Notes under the pieces: model-generated | What the model saw: only the letters and a program-made list of their open reading frames with translations | The model's database searches: none | Told to the model about the DNA's origin: nothing | Translations under genes and position numbers: made by a program | Assembly (NCBI GenBank): GCA_000990585.1 | Contig: LBQD01000002.1 | Span: forward strand, 184,016-248,015 | Reading direction: 5' to 3' | Origin: Candidatus Moranbacteria bacterium GW2011_GWE2_35_2- | GTDB taxonomy: Bacteria > Patescibacteriota > Minisyncoccia > Moranbacterales > UBA9337 | Length of the DNA: 64,000 bases | In this document: positions 21,372-31,276 of the stretch, piece after piece | Position numbering within the stretch: the first letter of the stretch is position 1 | Layout of the letters: each line of letters starts with the position of its first letter

Positions 21372-21404
21372 AAAAAAGCATATCTTTCGGGATATGTCTT
21401 TTTT
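21372..21404. terminator. Probable bidirectional terminator
   Basis: A-tract, CATATC-TTTCGG-GATATG, T-tract between convergent genes. Confidence 0.6.
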
Positions 21405-21432
21405 ATTTATGCTTTTAAAAATATTCGCCCAG

Positions 21433-22884
21433 TTATTTTTCTAAGTTCAATATTTCATCAATGCGGATTTGCTGGACGAATTCATTGACATGGCTCACTA
21501 GAATCATCGCGCCCTTGTAATCATTCAGGGCTTTGGCGATGATTGGCAGATGGCGGAAGTTTATGTGATTGGTCGGTTCATCCAAAATGAGCAGTCCCGG
21601 TTGTTGGAGTGTTAGGCGGGCAAAAGCCACTAACCCTTTTTGTCCTTCGGAAAGTGATCCGATTTTGGTGCCGATAATTTTTTTATCAATAAGAAATCCG
21701 GAGGCGACAGAGCGCATCACTTCTTCGTCTTTTTTCTCCATTACTTCCAAAAGCGAGTCGCGAACCGTATCTTCAAAATTGAGCGTTGAAAAATCTTGGC
21801 GATAATATCCAACCTTGATTCCTTTGGATATTTTGGCATTTTCGGATCTTCCTGATGCCAGTGATTCAAGTAGGGTGCTTTTTCCGATTCCATTGGGTCC
21901 GGCAAGTAGTAAGTGAGTATTTTTTTTGAGCGAAATTTCTACTTTCTTTTCTTCAATTTGGTGATTTTTAACGATTGTGAGTGAATCAATACTCAATATT
22001 TCTCCTATCAGTTCTTCTTGGGAGGGGATGGTGAAATTTCTAATCGCTTTATCTTCTCGGCGGATATCAACTTTGGCTTCTTCCATCTCTTGCGCTTTTG
22101 TACGCATTTTTCGTGCGACCAAACGCATTTTTCCTCCCTTGTTGGCAAAGAAGTTCGCCTTTTCTTTGTTGGCGATAATTTCTTTTTCGTATTGAGCGTT
22201 TTTCATTTTTTCTTTTTCAATTCGATCTGCGATTTCCGCTACCACAACATAATAATCTCCGAGATATTGTTCGATTTTGTGCGTAAAAATATCCAAATAA
22301 AGCACTCCATCTGTGAAAGAATTCAAAAAGTCCGCGTCATGGGAAATTACGATGCAAGTTTTGTCATAGTTTATTAAAAATTGGGTGAGGTGGGCGATTC
22401 CTGCTTTGTCCAAGTTGTTTGTCGGTTCGTCCAGGATGAGCAGATCGGGATTTTGAATTAATGCGGAAGCCAAAAGAAGTCTAGCTTGCTGTCCGCCGGA
22501 AAAACTCTTGATTATTTTTTCGTGCGGCGCTTTCAAATTTACCAAATCAAGTACTTTGTCGATTTTTGGAGCAATGCTGTATATTTTTTCATCGAAACAT
22601 TTTTCGAAAAATTCTTTGACAGTTATCTCCATCTGCTCGCGCGGAATGACTTGTTTGGCGTAGGCGATTTTGAGGTCTGGATCGACATAAATTGATCCGT
22701 CATCCGCTTTGAGCGAGCCGGTGATTAAATTGAGGATGGTGCTTTTTCCGGCGCCGTTTTGTCCCATGATTGTCATTTTTGTTCCGGCGCGAAGCGCAAA
22801 AGAAGCCTCATCGAGGATTGGTTTGTCGTGCCCGTATTCAAATGAAACCTTGTTAAAACGTATCGCTACATTATCTTTCGCCAT
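21433..22884 (-). CDS. ABC-F family ATP-binding protein
   Basis: Two ABC domains (GQNGAGKS/LDEPTNNLD; GPNGIGKS/LDEPTNHI), no TM. Confidence 0.92.
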   Translation of the reverse strand: MAKDNVAIRFNKVSFEYGHDKPILDEASFALRAGTKMTIMGQNGAGKSTILNLITGSLKADDGSIYVDPDLKIAYAKQVIPREQMEITVKEFFEKCFDEKIYSIAPKIDKVLDLVNLKAPHEKIIKSFSGGQQARLLLASALIQNPDLLILDEPTNNLDKAGIAHLTQFLINYDKTCIVISHDADFLNSFTDGVLYLDIFTHKIEQYLGDYYVVVAEIADRIEKEKMKNAQYEKEIIANKEKANFFANKGGKMRLVARKMRTKAQEMEEAKVDIRREDKAIRNFTIPSQEELIGEILSIDSLTIVKNHQIEEKKVEISLKKNTHLLLAGPNGIGKSTLLESLASGRSENAKISKGIKVGYYRQDFSTLNFEDTVRDSLLEVMEKKDEEVMRSVASGFLIDKKIIGTKIGSLSEGQKGLVAFARLTLQQPGLLILDEPTNHINFRHLPIIAKALNDYKGAMILVSHVNEFVQQIRIDEILNLEK

Positions 22885-23010
22885 ATTTTTTGATTTATAC
22901 GCTGAGTTTCAATAATAGCGTGTTTTTTAAATTTTGTAAATATAAAAACTTACGCACCGGAAATTTAGTGCTTATTAATATGCGGTATAAATTTTATAAG
23001 CACATAAAAA

Positions 23011-23799
23011 TCAATCAATAACGATCATAACTTTTTTACCTGTATCAACATCGCCATTATTCCAATCATGGATGGCATTCATAATAATATCTTGTTTGTA
23101 AATATAATCAGCACCTTTTTTGGTTCCTGGATCGTTAGTTATGAAGTCTCCATTTTTTGTGTATCCTTTGATCACTAGCATATGATATAGCGGTCCTGGT
23201 TGGCGAAAATTAGGATTTCCAAGTTGTTGTCCGGCAAAAGGAAGAATAATAGCTTTGTTTTTTGTCAAGGCGCTTTTGATATCCATGGCAGATGGATTAT
23301 AGACAACAGTCGTATTTCTTAAGTTAAAGTATTCCCGGAGAATTATAGCTGTTTCTTCGGCAGTGGTATCTTGATAAAATCCAAATCTGTCCATTTCGAA
23401 TTTTTGCAGCGCTTTTAATTTTTTGTCGGCGTCTTCCGGACTGGAAATCTTTTGACCTTTGGCATAGCTGGCCGCCATCAGCATCGATGCTTCCTCACAA
23501 AATTCTTGGTAGGGCATATCCCAATTTTGGTGTGGCGCCTGGGAAGTGAAAGGGATTTTCAAATTTATTTCTTGCGGCAATTCGGCGGGATTTTTTTCTG
23601 TTGGTTGCGCCTTGGGAACTTTTGTCGGTTCATTTGTTTGGGGGTTTTCTTTTTCCGCGCTCGTGGTTGTGTCTGAAATCGGGGTATGTATGATTTCAGG
23701 AGGGAGAGGCGGATTGTTTTTTGCTGCAAACAGAAAAACCGTTCCTGTAATGAAAAACGCCGCAAGAAGTATGACAATGTATTTTTTAAAATGGGACAT
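23011..23799 (-). CDS. C39-like peptidase, secreted or membrane-anchored
   Basis: PFTSQAP...CEEAS...HMLVIKGY...NDPG. Confidence 0.8.
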   Translation of the reverse strand: MSHFKKYIVILLAAFFITGTVFLFAAKNNPPLPPEIIHTPISDTTTSAEKENPQTNEPTKVPKAQPTEKNPAELPQEINLKIPFTSQAPHQNWDMPYQEFCEEASMLMAASYAKGQKISSPEDADKKLKALQKFEMDRFGFYQDTTAEETAIILREYFNLRNTTVVYNPSAMDIKSALTKNKAIILPFAGQQLGNPNFRQPGPLYHMLVIKGYTKNGDFITNDPGTKKGADYIYKQDIIMNAIHDWNNGDVDTGKKVMIVID

Positions 23800-23994
23800 A
23801 TTTTCAATTATATACTACTTTTCATTTTTCGACATACTTCTATTGAAAATTTTTTGCGACAAAGCGAAAAAATGTGCTATACTAAAAATATAGAAACGGT
23901 GATTTTTCGTTTGTTTTTCCTTCGGCAAGAAAAAGAAATTTCAACAAAAAGAAAGAGAAGAAATAAGGTAATAATTTTTTTAAAATAAAAAACA

Positions 23995-24396
23995 ATGCAA
24001 AAGAAAAAAAACAATTCAAAAGTAGTAGGGTTGGCAGTAATTGGCGCAAGTTTGGCTGCTATTGCGGCGACAGCTTATTTCCTTTTTGGACCGAAAGGAA
24101 AAAAGCACAGACAGCAAGCGAAAGCATGGGTTATCAAAATGAAAGGGGAGGTTATCGAGAAGTTTGAAAAGGCGCGGGAGATTACCGAGCCGGTTTATCA
24201 GGAGATTATCGATACCGTGGCAAGTGAATACAAAAAAGGAAAAAAAGCGAGCCAGCCGGAAATTGATGCGCTGGCAGTTGATCTCAAAAAACATTGGAAA
24301 TCAATGAGCAAATTGGCATCTTCCGCCAAGCAGAAAATATCCAAAGATGCTTCGCGAGTAGCCAAGACAATCAAGAAAGCAGGCAAAGAAAAATAA
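23995..24396 (+). CDS. Hypothetical protein (YtxH-like)
   Basis: N-terminal hydrophobic helix, YFLFGPKGKK. Confidence 0.65.
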   Translation: MQKKKNNSKVVGLAVIGASLAAIAATAYFLFGPKGKKHRQQAKAWVIKMKGEVIEKFEKAREITEPVYQEIIDTVASEYKKGKKASQPEIDALAVDLKKHWKSMSKLASSAKQKISKDASRVAKTIKKAGKEK

Positions 24397-24422
24397 TTTC
24401 AAAGATATCCAGATAAAAAACT

Positions 24423-24650
24423 ATGTATAATTTTAATCCGTTTATTCATTTGTTTGCTCCGGTTTTTCCGTTATTTTTGTTGTGGAGTATTTTCTGGAAA
24501 GGTCTGGCGCTTTGGCATTCAGGAAGAAGAGGGCAGGAATGGTGGTTTTTAATCCTTTTGTTGATAAATACTCTTGGAATTTTGGAAATCATCTATCTTT
24601 TTGCCATCATCAAATTGAAACCGGCGGAACTTTTCAGTAGGAAAATGTAA
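24423..24650 (+). CDS. DUF5652-like small membrane protein
   Basis: WKGLALW...WF...NTLGILEIIY. Confidence 0.8.
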   Translation: MYNFNPFIHLFAPVFPLFLLWSIFWKGLALWHSGRRGQEWWFLILLLINTLGILEIIYLFAIIKLKPAELFSRKM

Positions 24651-24782
24651 GAAATGATTGTGCGGGAAAAAAATAAAAAAATACGCAAAATTTGCGTATT
24701 TTTTGTTGCTTTGAAGTCTGAAAAAATAGAAAACCCACCACCGAAGTAGTAGGTTTCTACCTTAATTCGATAGCGGGTTATT

Positions 24783-25547
24783 TCAGTGCCGCTTAGATAC
24801 GGCGCTGATTTCATCCCAACAAATCTGAGTCATTTTTTCAAAATCAATCGGGATGTTGACAGCAGCACGCTTCATCATGTGCAAAAGGGCGATAAGTGTC
24901 TTGTGCCATTTAATCACAGCATTCATCAGTGGCCACCTTTCTTTTGTCAGAAACTTTCCATATTTTAGGTACAGTTCACTGCCCTTAATAGTCAGCCCTG
25001 AATCTTGGCTAATTCCATTCACAACAGCACCGATTGAAAGCCTATCCATCATGTGGGAAGTACCACTTACAGATATGGAGTCATCCCAAAAGAAATGAGG
25101 ATAATTTTCGGGGTCGAGTATTCTCTCTTTGTCATCCTCTTTGATTGTTATAGTAATGGAAAGCCGATCAAGAAATTCGTGTAATAGATTTCTGTTGAAA
25201 TTTTTTTCACGCTCTCTGATTACGTCAATTTTCTTTCCAACATCCTTCTCTTGGATAATGAAGGGTTGGTTTCCTCTACACCACTTTTCCCACTCTTGTG
25301 AATGAAGACTTAGTTGTATTGGATAACCATCAACGAAGTTTTTCTCTCCATTTGTTATTTTCAATTCTACTGATCCCCATGGCAATTCACTTATTTTCCC
25401 AGTAATTACTTGAGGAATTTCTTTGGGTCTCAAGTAAAACCCAGTGATTCCATTATCAATAGAATCAAGAAGTATTCTGCCTGGATGTGGAAGAGATTTC
25501 AGTAATTTTGCAATTTTAACTTGGCCATTCTCAAATTCTTGTTTCAT
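24783..25547 (-). CDS. Hypothetical protein
   Basis: 254-aa ORF, AAGGAG SD. Confidence 0.65.
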   Translation of the reverse strand: MKQEFENGQVKIAKLLKSLPHPGRILLDSIDNGITGFYLRPKEIPQVITGKISELPWGSVELKITNGEKNFVDGYPIQLSLHSQEWEKWCRGNQPFIIQEKDVGKKIDVIREREKNFNRNLLHEFLDRLSITITIKEDDKERILDPENYPHFFWDDSISVSGTSHMMDRLSIGAVVNGISQDSGLTIKGSELYLKYGKFLTKERWPLMNAVIKWHKTLIALLHMMKRAAVNIPIDFEKMTQICWDEISAVSKRH

Positions 25548-25746
25548 GGTACACGCTCCTTCGAAGAAGAGAACCTGTTCTTCTTCATTTGATTTTTGTG
25601 AAAAGAACTAGTTTTCCACATTAGCCACAATAGCTACTGCTATTAATATAAAAAATCTAGCACGAAAATGATTTTTGTCAAAATAGTTAGTAGAGCCGTG
25701 GGTGGTTCACCGCACGGTTCTATCAGTGTCTTACAGGTACTCATCT

Positions 25747-26331
25747 TTATAGGCGAGTCAGGGCGTCCTTTACCCTTGCCTGTCCATCAGACGAGACCAT
25801 TCCTGGATACCATCGTTTGAAACGCTCCAGTAGCTGGTCTTCTTCTTCAGTTCTTCCATTCTTCTTTCCCCCAAGTGCGGGATTGGTCAAAGGAAGGCTC
25901 CATTTCTTTGTGAGTCTCGACAGAAAGTCGTCTTTCATGACGAGATAGTTGCAGCCATTATGATGCGTACAATATACTTCGAATTGCTTTGGCTGTTCCG
26001 CTTCCTTGGCAGTCATTATACCGGTGTGAATAAGAGCATTTAAAATACTAAACTCTCCGCCATTATGACTTTTCCACTGGAAATAACCGCTCAATCCATT
26101 GACCAATAACTCAAAGGCTAAGCACTGCATCATATTCCCAGAGACAGACTCGGGAATGAATGCAGCTATAGCAAATCCTGTGTTAGAGTAGGATGGATGT
26201 GGCCTAGACTGTAAATCCGTAAAGAGAGCCTTTGCAGCGATTATGGTAAGATGATCATTTTCTTTGATTGGACCATTGCCAATTGCTTCAGTGATTATTT
26301 GTTGTGCAGTTTTTTGCCAGGATGTATACAT
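25747..26331 (-). CDS. Hypothetical protein
   Basis: 194-aa ORF, AAGGAG SD. Confidence 0.65.
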   Translation of the reverse strand: MYTSWQKTAQQIITEAIGNGPIKENDHLTIIAAKALFTDLQSRPHPSYSNTGFAIAAFIPESVSGNMMQCLAFELLVNGLSGYFQWKSHNGGEFSILNALIHTGIMTAKEAEQPKQFEVYCTHHNGCNYLVMKDDFLSRLTKKWSLPLTNPALGGKKNGRTEEEDQLLERFKRWYPGMVSSDGQARVKDALTRL

Positions 26332-26706
26332 AGCTAGCTCCTTCGTTCACTTGATTGGTCACATGATTGTTAGTATTTTTTGAAAAAGATGACAATAAAT
26401 CTGAAAGGTCCACTATTTACTTATTTCAGAGTAAGCGTTTTTTATATACACTCGGTTTCTTGAGTCTACGTAGCTCAAGTTCTGTGCATTTTTCTAGGTT
26501 TATTTTCATGCCATTTCCTCCTGAGTGGTGGTTGTGGGGGTTTTTGCTTAATTTTTTGAAATTTATTTGTTAAAAAACTGATTAGGTAGTATATGAAATT
26601 CCCAGGCTCGTGTCAATTTTTTCTAGTCTCGATTTTTCTAAATCACTAATATCGGAATTTAAGAGAATCTTTTGCTTTTTGGAATAAATTCAAATTTTGT
26701 GTTTTT

Positions 26707-27009
26707 TTAATTCCATATCAAAATAAATTCGCATCCTTCGGAACCTGCCTTGAGAAAATGCTTGGAACCTTTTTCATTTATAAGCAGATCTCCTTTTTGA
26801 TACGTTTGATTTTCATCAGACATACTTCCTTTTAAAATATAGTTATATCTTGTATCTGTGTGATTATGCAATGGAATTTTCTTGTTCGGCTTAATTTTTA
26901 AAATGGAAAAATTCAATCCATTTTTATTCGTAACGCATTGTTTTTCAAAAACATCTTTCTGTATTTCTTCCCATTTAATGGTTGTTGTTTTTACATATTT
27001 GTCACTCAT
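26707..27009 (-). CDS. Cupin domain protein
   Basis: PLHNH...YILKGS...GSKH. Confidence 0.8.
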   Translation of the reverse strand: MSDKYVKTTTIKWEEIQKDVFEKQCVTNKNGLNFSILKIKPNKKIPLHNHTDTRYNYILKGSMSDENQTYQKGDLLINEKGSKHFLKAGSEGCEFILIWN

Positions 27010-27074
27010 TTTTTTGTAAATTTATTTTATTACTCGCTTACCATACTACGATTTAACTATAAAAACAAGACTAG

Positions 27075-27109
27075 AAATAAAAGGGGTAAGGCACCTTTTT
27101 TGTTAAATA
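27075..27109. repeat. GGGGTCAG-type junction motif, copy 1
   Basis: AAATAAAAGGGGTAAGGCACCTTTTTTGTTAAATA; related copies at 33614, 34571 and 36863. Confidence 0.65.
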
Positions 27110-27118
27110 GATCGCAAG

Positions 27119-27295
27119 TTAAAATATAAATGGAATCAGCGTCTTAACCTTATTTTTATATTCAAGATAGTCTGGAAAGTAGTTTATCAATATCCTTTCT
27201 TCTTTCTGAGCTTTATAATAAGCACCAAAGAAAAATATTACAAAAAATATTAGCCAGCCCAATGTATCAACATACAAAACAATTCCCAAGACCAT
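27119..27295 (-). pseudogene. C-terminal fragment of an isoprenylcysteine carboxylmethyltransferase-family protein
   Basis: 58 aa ending KEERILINYFPDYLEYKNKVKTLIPFIF; N-terminal part absent. Confidence 0.65.
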
Positions 27296-27323
27296 TAAAA
27301 TCTCATTTTTTCTGCGTAATTTA

Positions 27324-27356
27324 CAAAAGCCGCCCTCATTAATGAGGCGGCTTTGT
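27324..27356. terminator. Intrinsic terminator downstream of the DUF1428 gene
   Basis: AAAGCCGCCCTCATTAATGAGGCGGCTTT hairpin. Confidence 0.7.
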
Positions 27357-27371
27357 TATTTTAAGTCAGTC

Positions 27372-27752
27372 CTATCCTTCTACTTCAACTTGAAAACCGC
27401 CGTAAGCCATTCGTTTCATGTCAAAAGGCGCGGACATATCTTTGTTTTCTTCCATCTTCTTGTTCATTTCTTCCATCACTTTAGCATTGACCTCATTTCG
27501 ATGTTCTTTGGATTTAAAGACTATGAAAGAAAACCAAATCGTATCCTCACTCGTTGCCTCAGTCATTTCAGGAAATGCACGTGCTTTTTCACCACCCATT
27601 TCTTGTGCAGCAAGGTCATCACCTTTGCATTCATAGTATTCAAGCGCGCCATACTTTATCCACATATCGCGACCGTCTTGGGCCATTTTCTTGTATTCCT
27701 CAACTTTGTCTTTTGGAACTACAAGCACGAATCCGTCTACATATTTTTCCAT
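27372..27752 (-). CDS. DUF1428 family protein
   Basis: YVDGFVL.VP, GALEY.EC, PFDMKRM.YGGF. Confidence 0.9.
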   Translation of the reverse strand: MEKYVDGFVLVVPKDKVEEYKKMAQDGRDMWIKYGALEYYECKGDDLAAQEMGGEKARAFPEMTEATSEDTIWFSFIVFKSKEHRNEVNAKVMEEMNKKMEENKDMSAPFDMKRMAYGGFQVEVEG

Positions 27753-28031
27753 AATTTATTCACCACCTTTCTAGTATCTATTTTCGCTATTATTATACTA
27801 TTTACCAAAATCAATCGCAATGCATATTTATTTGAAATAGTAGTGAAAAAATTAGACCTAGTCGAAGATAGATATTGATTTTTATTATGATAAGTTTTAT
27901 TTAGATCAAGCAAGATAATTAAAATTATACTCAATTGCTTTTATCATTTGTTGGATAATTTATCAATATTGCAATAATTGTCAAACGAGAATAGTATTTA
28001 TATAAATATTAAATATAAAAATCTAATACTT

Positions 28032-29099
28032 ATGGGCAAGAATAATACTGCTAAAAAACGTATTGCCGTGATTTTTGGCGGACGATCGGGTGAACACGAG
28101 GTGTCTTTGAAATCAGCCTACCAGGTAATAAGTGCTCTTGATAAGAATAAATACGAAATTATTCCGGTGGCGATAACCAAAGTCGGTTATTGGCTGGTCG
28201 GGGAAAAGGGACGGAAATATTTGGAGGATAATTTGGGGCAGACGGGGAAGCAAGGTGGTGTGAAAAGTGAAAATAATTTTGAAGATAGAAATAAATTTCC
28301 GGAAAAATTCCCATCGGTTGATTTAGTATTGCCAATTATGCATGGCACATTCGGAGAAGATGGAAAATTACAAGGAATGCTTGAAATGTTGGGACTGCCA
28401 TATGTTTTTTCCGGAGTTTTGGCGAGCTCCCTGGCGATGAATAAAAGGAAAACTAAAATTATTGCAAAAGCTTCTGGTCTTAAAATCGCGAAAGACGTCA
28501 TAGTTATTAGGGGTAAAAAATTTAATACGGAGAAAATTATTGCCAAATTAAATTTTCCAATTGTCATTAAGCCGAGTGAGTTAGGTTCATCGGTCGGAAC
28601 TAGTTTGGCTAACGCCAAAGAAGAATTAGAAAATGGAATTAAAGAAGCTTTTAAATATGGTGAAGAAGTTTTACTTGAGCAATTTGTGAAGGGACGCGAA
28701 CTGACAGTGACGGTGATGGGAGATAAATCTCCAAAAGCTCTGCCGGTCATTGAAATTATTCCGAAAATTTCCGGCTGGTTTGATTATCGGGCCAAATATG
28801 AAACCGGCGGATCGGAGGAAGTTTGCCCGGCTGAAATTTCAGAAGAAATTCTAAAAAAAATTCAGCGCTATGCGGTCAAAGTTTTCAAAGCGGTGGGATG
28901 CCTTGATCTTGCTCGGGCAGATTTTATTTGGAGCGCCGAAGATGGCAAATTATATTTTCTCGAAATCAATACTATCCCCGGCATGACCGCCACAAGCCTC
29001 GCCCCGCAAGCGGCCGCCGCCGCCGGAATGGAATTTTCGGTTTTTTTGGACAAATTAATTGAGGGAGCAATAAGAAGAAATGAAAAAGAACAGAGTTAA
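28032..29099 (+). CDS. ddl: D-alanine--D-alanine ligase
   Basis: FGGRSGEHEVSL, HGTFGEDG, GSSVG, EINTIPGMT. Confidence 0.96.
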   Translation: MGKNNTAKKRIAVIFGGRSGEHEVSLKSAYQVISALDKNKYEIIPVAITKVGYWLVGEKGRKYLEDNLGQTGKQGGVKSENNFEDRNKFPEKFPSVDLVLPIMHGTFGEDGKLQGMLEMLGLPYVFSGVLASSLAMNKRKTKIIAKASGLKIAKDVIVIRGKKFNTEKIIAKLNFPIVIKPSELGSSVGTSLANAKEELENGIKEAFKYGEEVLLEQFVKGRELTVTVMGDKSPKALPVIEIIPKISGWFDYRAKYETGGSEEVCPAEISEEILKKIQRYAVKVFKAVGCLDLARADFIWSAEDGKLYFLEINTIPGMTATSLAPQAAAAAGMEFSVFLDKLIEGAIRRNEKEQS

Positions 29100-29269
29100 C
29101 CCTGTATTTTTTAAAATGCTCCCCCTGCAGGGTATGTTCCGCCACCTCAATATCGCTCAAATGGAGATGGAATTAAGCCTGTTTGCTTTTCAAGCCGTTT
29201 AATACTTAATAGAATTGTATAAAAATCAAAAGAGACTAAAAAATTTAGTCTTTCTGATTGTATGGGTAC

Positions 29270-29530
29270 TTATTTTATCCAGTCCCAATACTCTTTGTTA
29301 AGCCATCCATCCTTGTTTGTCGTAACCTGAATAACCAATAGGCTATCATTTTGGTCGATTTCGCTCCTTAATATAGCGGATATTTCAGACGTAGACTTAG
29401 TTGTTTTAAACAACCAAACAGATTCGAGTGGTTTGATATAATCTGTAGAAATTCGGTTTTTCAAAGATTCATACAACTTTGCATAATTTTTTCCGGGTGC
29501 CTTGAGATCATAACTTACTAGTACAATCAT
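29270..29530 (-). CDS. Small Cas2/VapD-fold-like protein (orphan)
   Basis: LVSYDL..P...Y..LY, ESVW motif; no cas genes nearby. Confidence 0.65.
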   Translation of the reverse strand: MIVLVSYDLKAPGKNYAKLYESLKNRISTDYIKPLESVWLFKTTKSTSEISAILRSEIDQNDSLLVIQVTTNKDGWLNKEYWDWIK

Positions 29531-29711
29531 AATACTTACTATTAAATTGTCTTTTTGTGTTTCTTTTGCTAAAATGAATTAAGGAAAACATTTGTGAGAT
29601 GTAAAATAAAATACGAGTCGACCAATCTTTTACTTCAAAATATCCTCACAATATTTCAAAGTAAAAGCACTCTTATGTTTTACTAGCATTTGGAAACACG
29701 AAAAAGCTACC

Positions 29712-30383
29712 TCAAAGTAGCTTTTTTCTATTTCCAATAAAACCTAGATCTTCCAATCTAATTTGAAAAGCTTTTTTTGAGATACCGAATCGTTCTTTTA
29801 TTTTCGGATACACAAAATCAAGGTTTAATACTGATTTCAATCCTCCATTTTCAACCAATCCAAGTTGGGAAAAATAATTTACTAAATCAAATTTAGGTAC
29901 AAGCAAAGTGGAAGCGTATTTGTTTGCTTGCCATTCAAGTCTTTTTTCTCGTCCATCGGAAACAACTTTATTACTTTGAGATGGCAAAGGTTTTCCCTGC
30001 CAACCAACAACTTCACCATTTTCAAGACGCATCATTGAAAGGTGCAAAGAGAGGTGCCCCGCTTCGTGTGCCACGGTAAAATTTATTCTTTCAGGCGAAC
30101 AATTTGGATTAACATATATGATTTTGTTTTCAGGATCCAGATATCCCCAAATTTCATCATCTGATGTATCGGGCACAATTTCGTGAAAGACAATTTGAAA
30201 GCCCCACATTATTTCAATATAATTATCAATATCAAGTTTTTCAGAAGGAGCTTTATTAAATTTTTTTTGATAAATTTCTTTATATTTCCTAATATCCTGC
30301 ATAACCTGAAATTCAATCTCATCTTTCGTGAGTCGATATGTATCCACAAAGGGTATCCAATTTTTATGCAGTTTAATCTTCAT
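29712..30383 (-). CDS. ImmA/IrrE family metallopeptidase
   Basis: NFTVAHEAGH, EWQAN.YAS.LLVP. Confidence 0.88.
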   Translation of the reverse strand: MKIKLHKNWIPFVDTYRLTKDEIEFQVMQDIRKYKEIYQKKFNKAPSEKLDIDNYIEIMWGFQIVFHEIVPDTSDDEIWGYLDPENKIIYVNPNCSPERINFTVAHEAGHLSLHLSMMRLENGEVVGWQGKPLPSQSNKVVSDGREKRLEWQANKYASTLLVPKFDLVNYFSQLGLVENGGLKSVLNLDFVYPKIKERFGISKKAFQIRLEDLGFIGNRKKLL

Positions 30384-30708
30384 TTCCGCTAATTTTATTA
30401 TTTTTTATTTTTCGAAAAAGCTCCCCCATCATTTTTTCTTTATCTTTCATTTCTGGCCATTCTTTTTTTATTTCGACCGCAAGATAGCTAGTTATCAAGT
30501 CTTCAAACTCTTCTTCAGTTAAACCATACTTGGCTTTTATCTCATAAAGAAATTTTTTTGAAGGCGTTGCGAGTCCTGCTTCTATCTTACTTAAATAAGT
30601 AAAAAAATTACTATTTGGTTTGATTTTATCGCCTACAGTTCGCAAGCTTTCGCCAGGGAAGTACTTTTCCCTCAGACTCTTTAATTTGTCGCTAAAATTT
30701 ACCTCCAT
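30373..30708 (-). CDS. XRE-family HTH regulator
   Basis: KLKSLR...YLSKIEAG...PS; coupled to the ImmA gene; start at MEVNF. Confidence 0.8.
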   Translation of the reverse strand: MEVNFSDKLKSLREKYFPGESLRTVGDKIKPNSNFFTYLSKIEAGLATPSKKFLYEIKAKYGLTEEEFEDLITSYLAVEIKKEWPEMKDKEKMMGELFRKIKNNKISGNED

Positions 30709-30805
30709 AGAGATTAGATTAAAAATTGTTATCCCTGTTGAATATAATATCAACAGTTGAAAAATTTGTCAACACTCTTGTTCTTTATAATAAAAATGGC
30801 TTTAG

Positions 30806-31276
30806 TTAGCCATTTTTCATTGAGTCAGTTATTTTTTTGAGCCCTATGGCTTTATTTTTCTTTATTCCGTGTTCCCAAATTCTGATTACTTTCCAGCCAT
30901 TTCTCCTTAAGTATGCCGTTGTTTTACGGTCTCTTGTTCGATTATTATTTATTTTATCCCGCCAAAAATCATTTTTCAAAGTATTTTTCCACCTTGGAAA
31001 TTGCCAACCGTGCCAGAAATCACTATCAATAAACACGCAAATTTTTTTAGATTTAAAAACGATGTCAGGATTACCCTTGATGCTTCTTTGATGCGTCAAG
31101 AATCGGTATTTTGTTTCTTTTTTTAATAATTTTATAAACTCAATTTCAAGCTTAGTTTCTTTGGAGCGTATTTTCGACATTAACGCCGATCGCTTCTCTT
31201 CAGAAAGTTTATCCTTCAAATTTTTTCGCTGGAAATTTCTTCCAAGATAATTTCTTATTTTACGCTTTTTTACCAT
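30806..31276 (-). CDS. vsr: Very short patch repair endonuclease
   Basis: RS..MSKIRSK.TK.E, G.PDI, DSDFWHG, GWKVIRIWE. Confidence 0.92.
   Translation of the reverse strand: MVKKRKIRNYLGRNFQRKNLKDKLSEEKRSALMSKIRSKETKLEIEFIKLLKKETKYRFLTHQRSIKGNPDIVFKSKKICVFIDSDFWHGWQFPRWKNTLKNDFWRDKINNNRTRDRKTTAYLRRNGWKVIRIWEHGIKKNKAIGLKKITDSMKNG

Noticed and set aside
29270-29530. Cas2-like ORF as evidence for a CRISPR-Cas locus
   Set aside because: No cas1 or other cas genes and no regularly spaced repeat-spacer array in the window.
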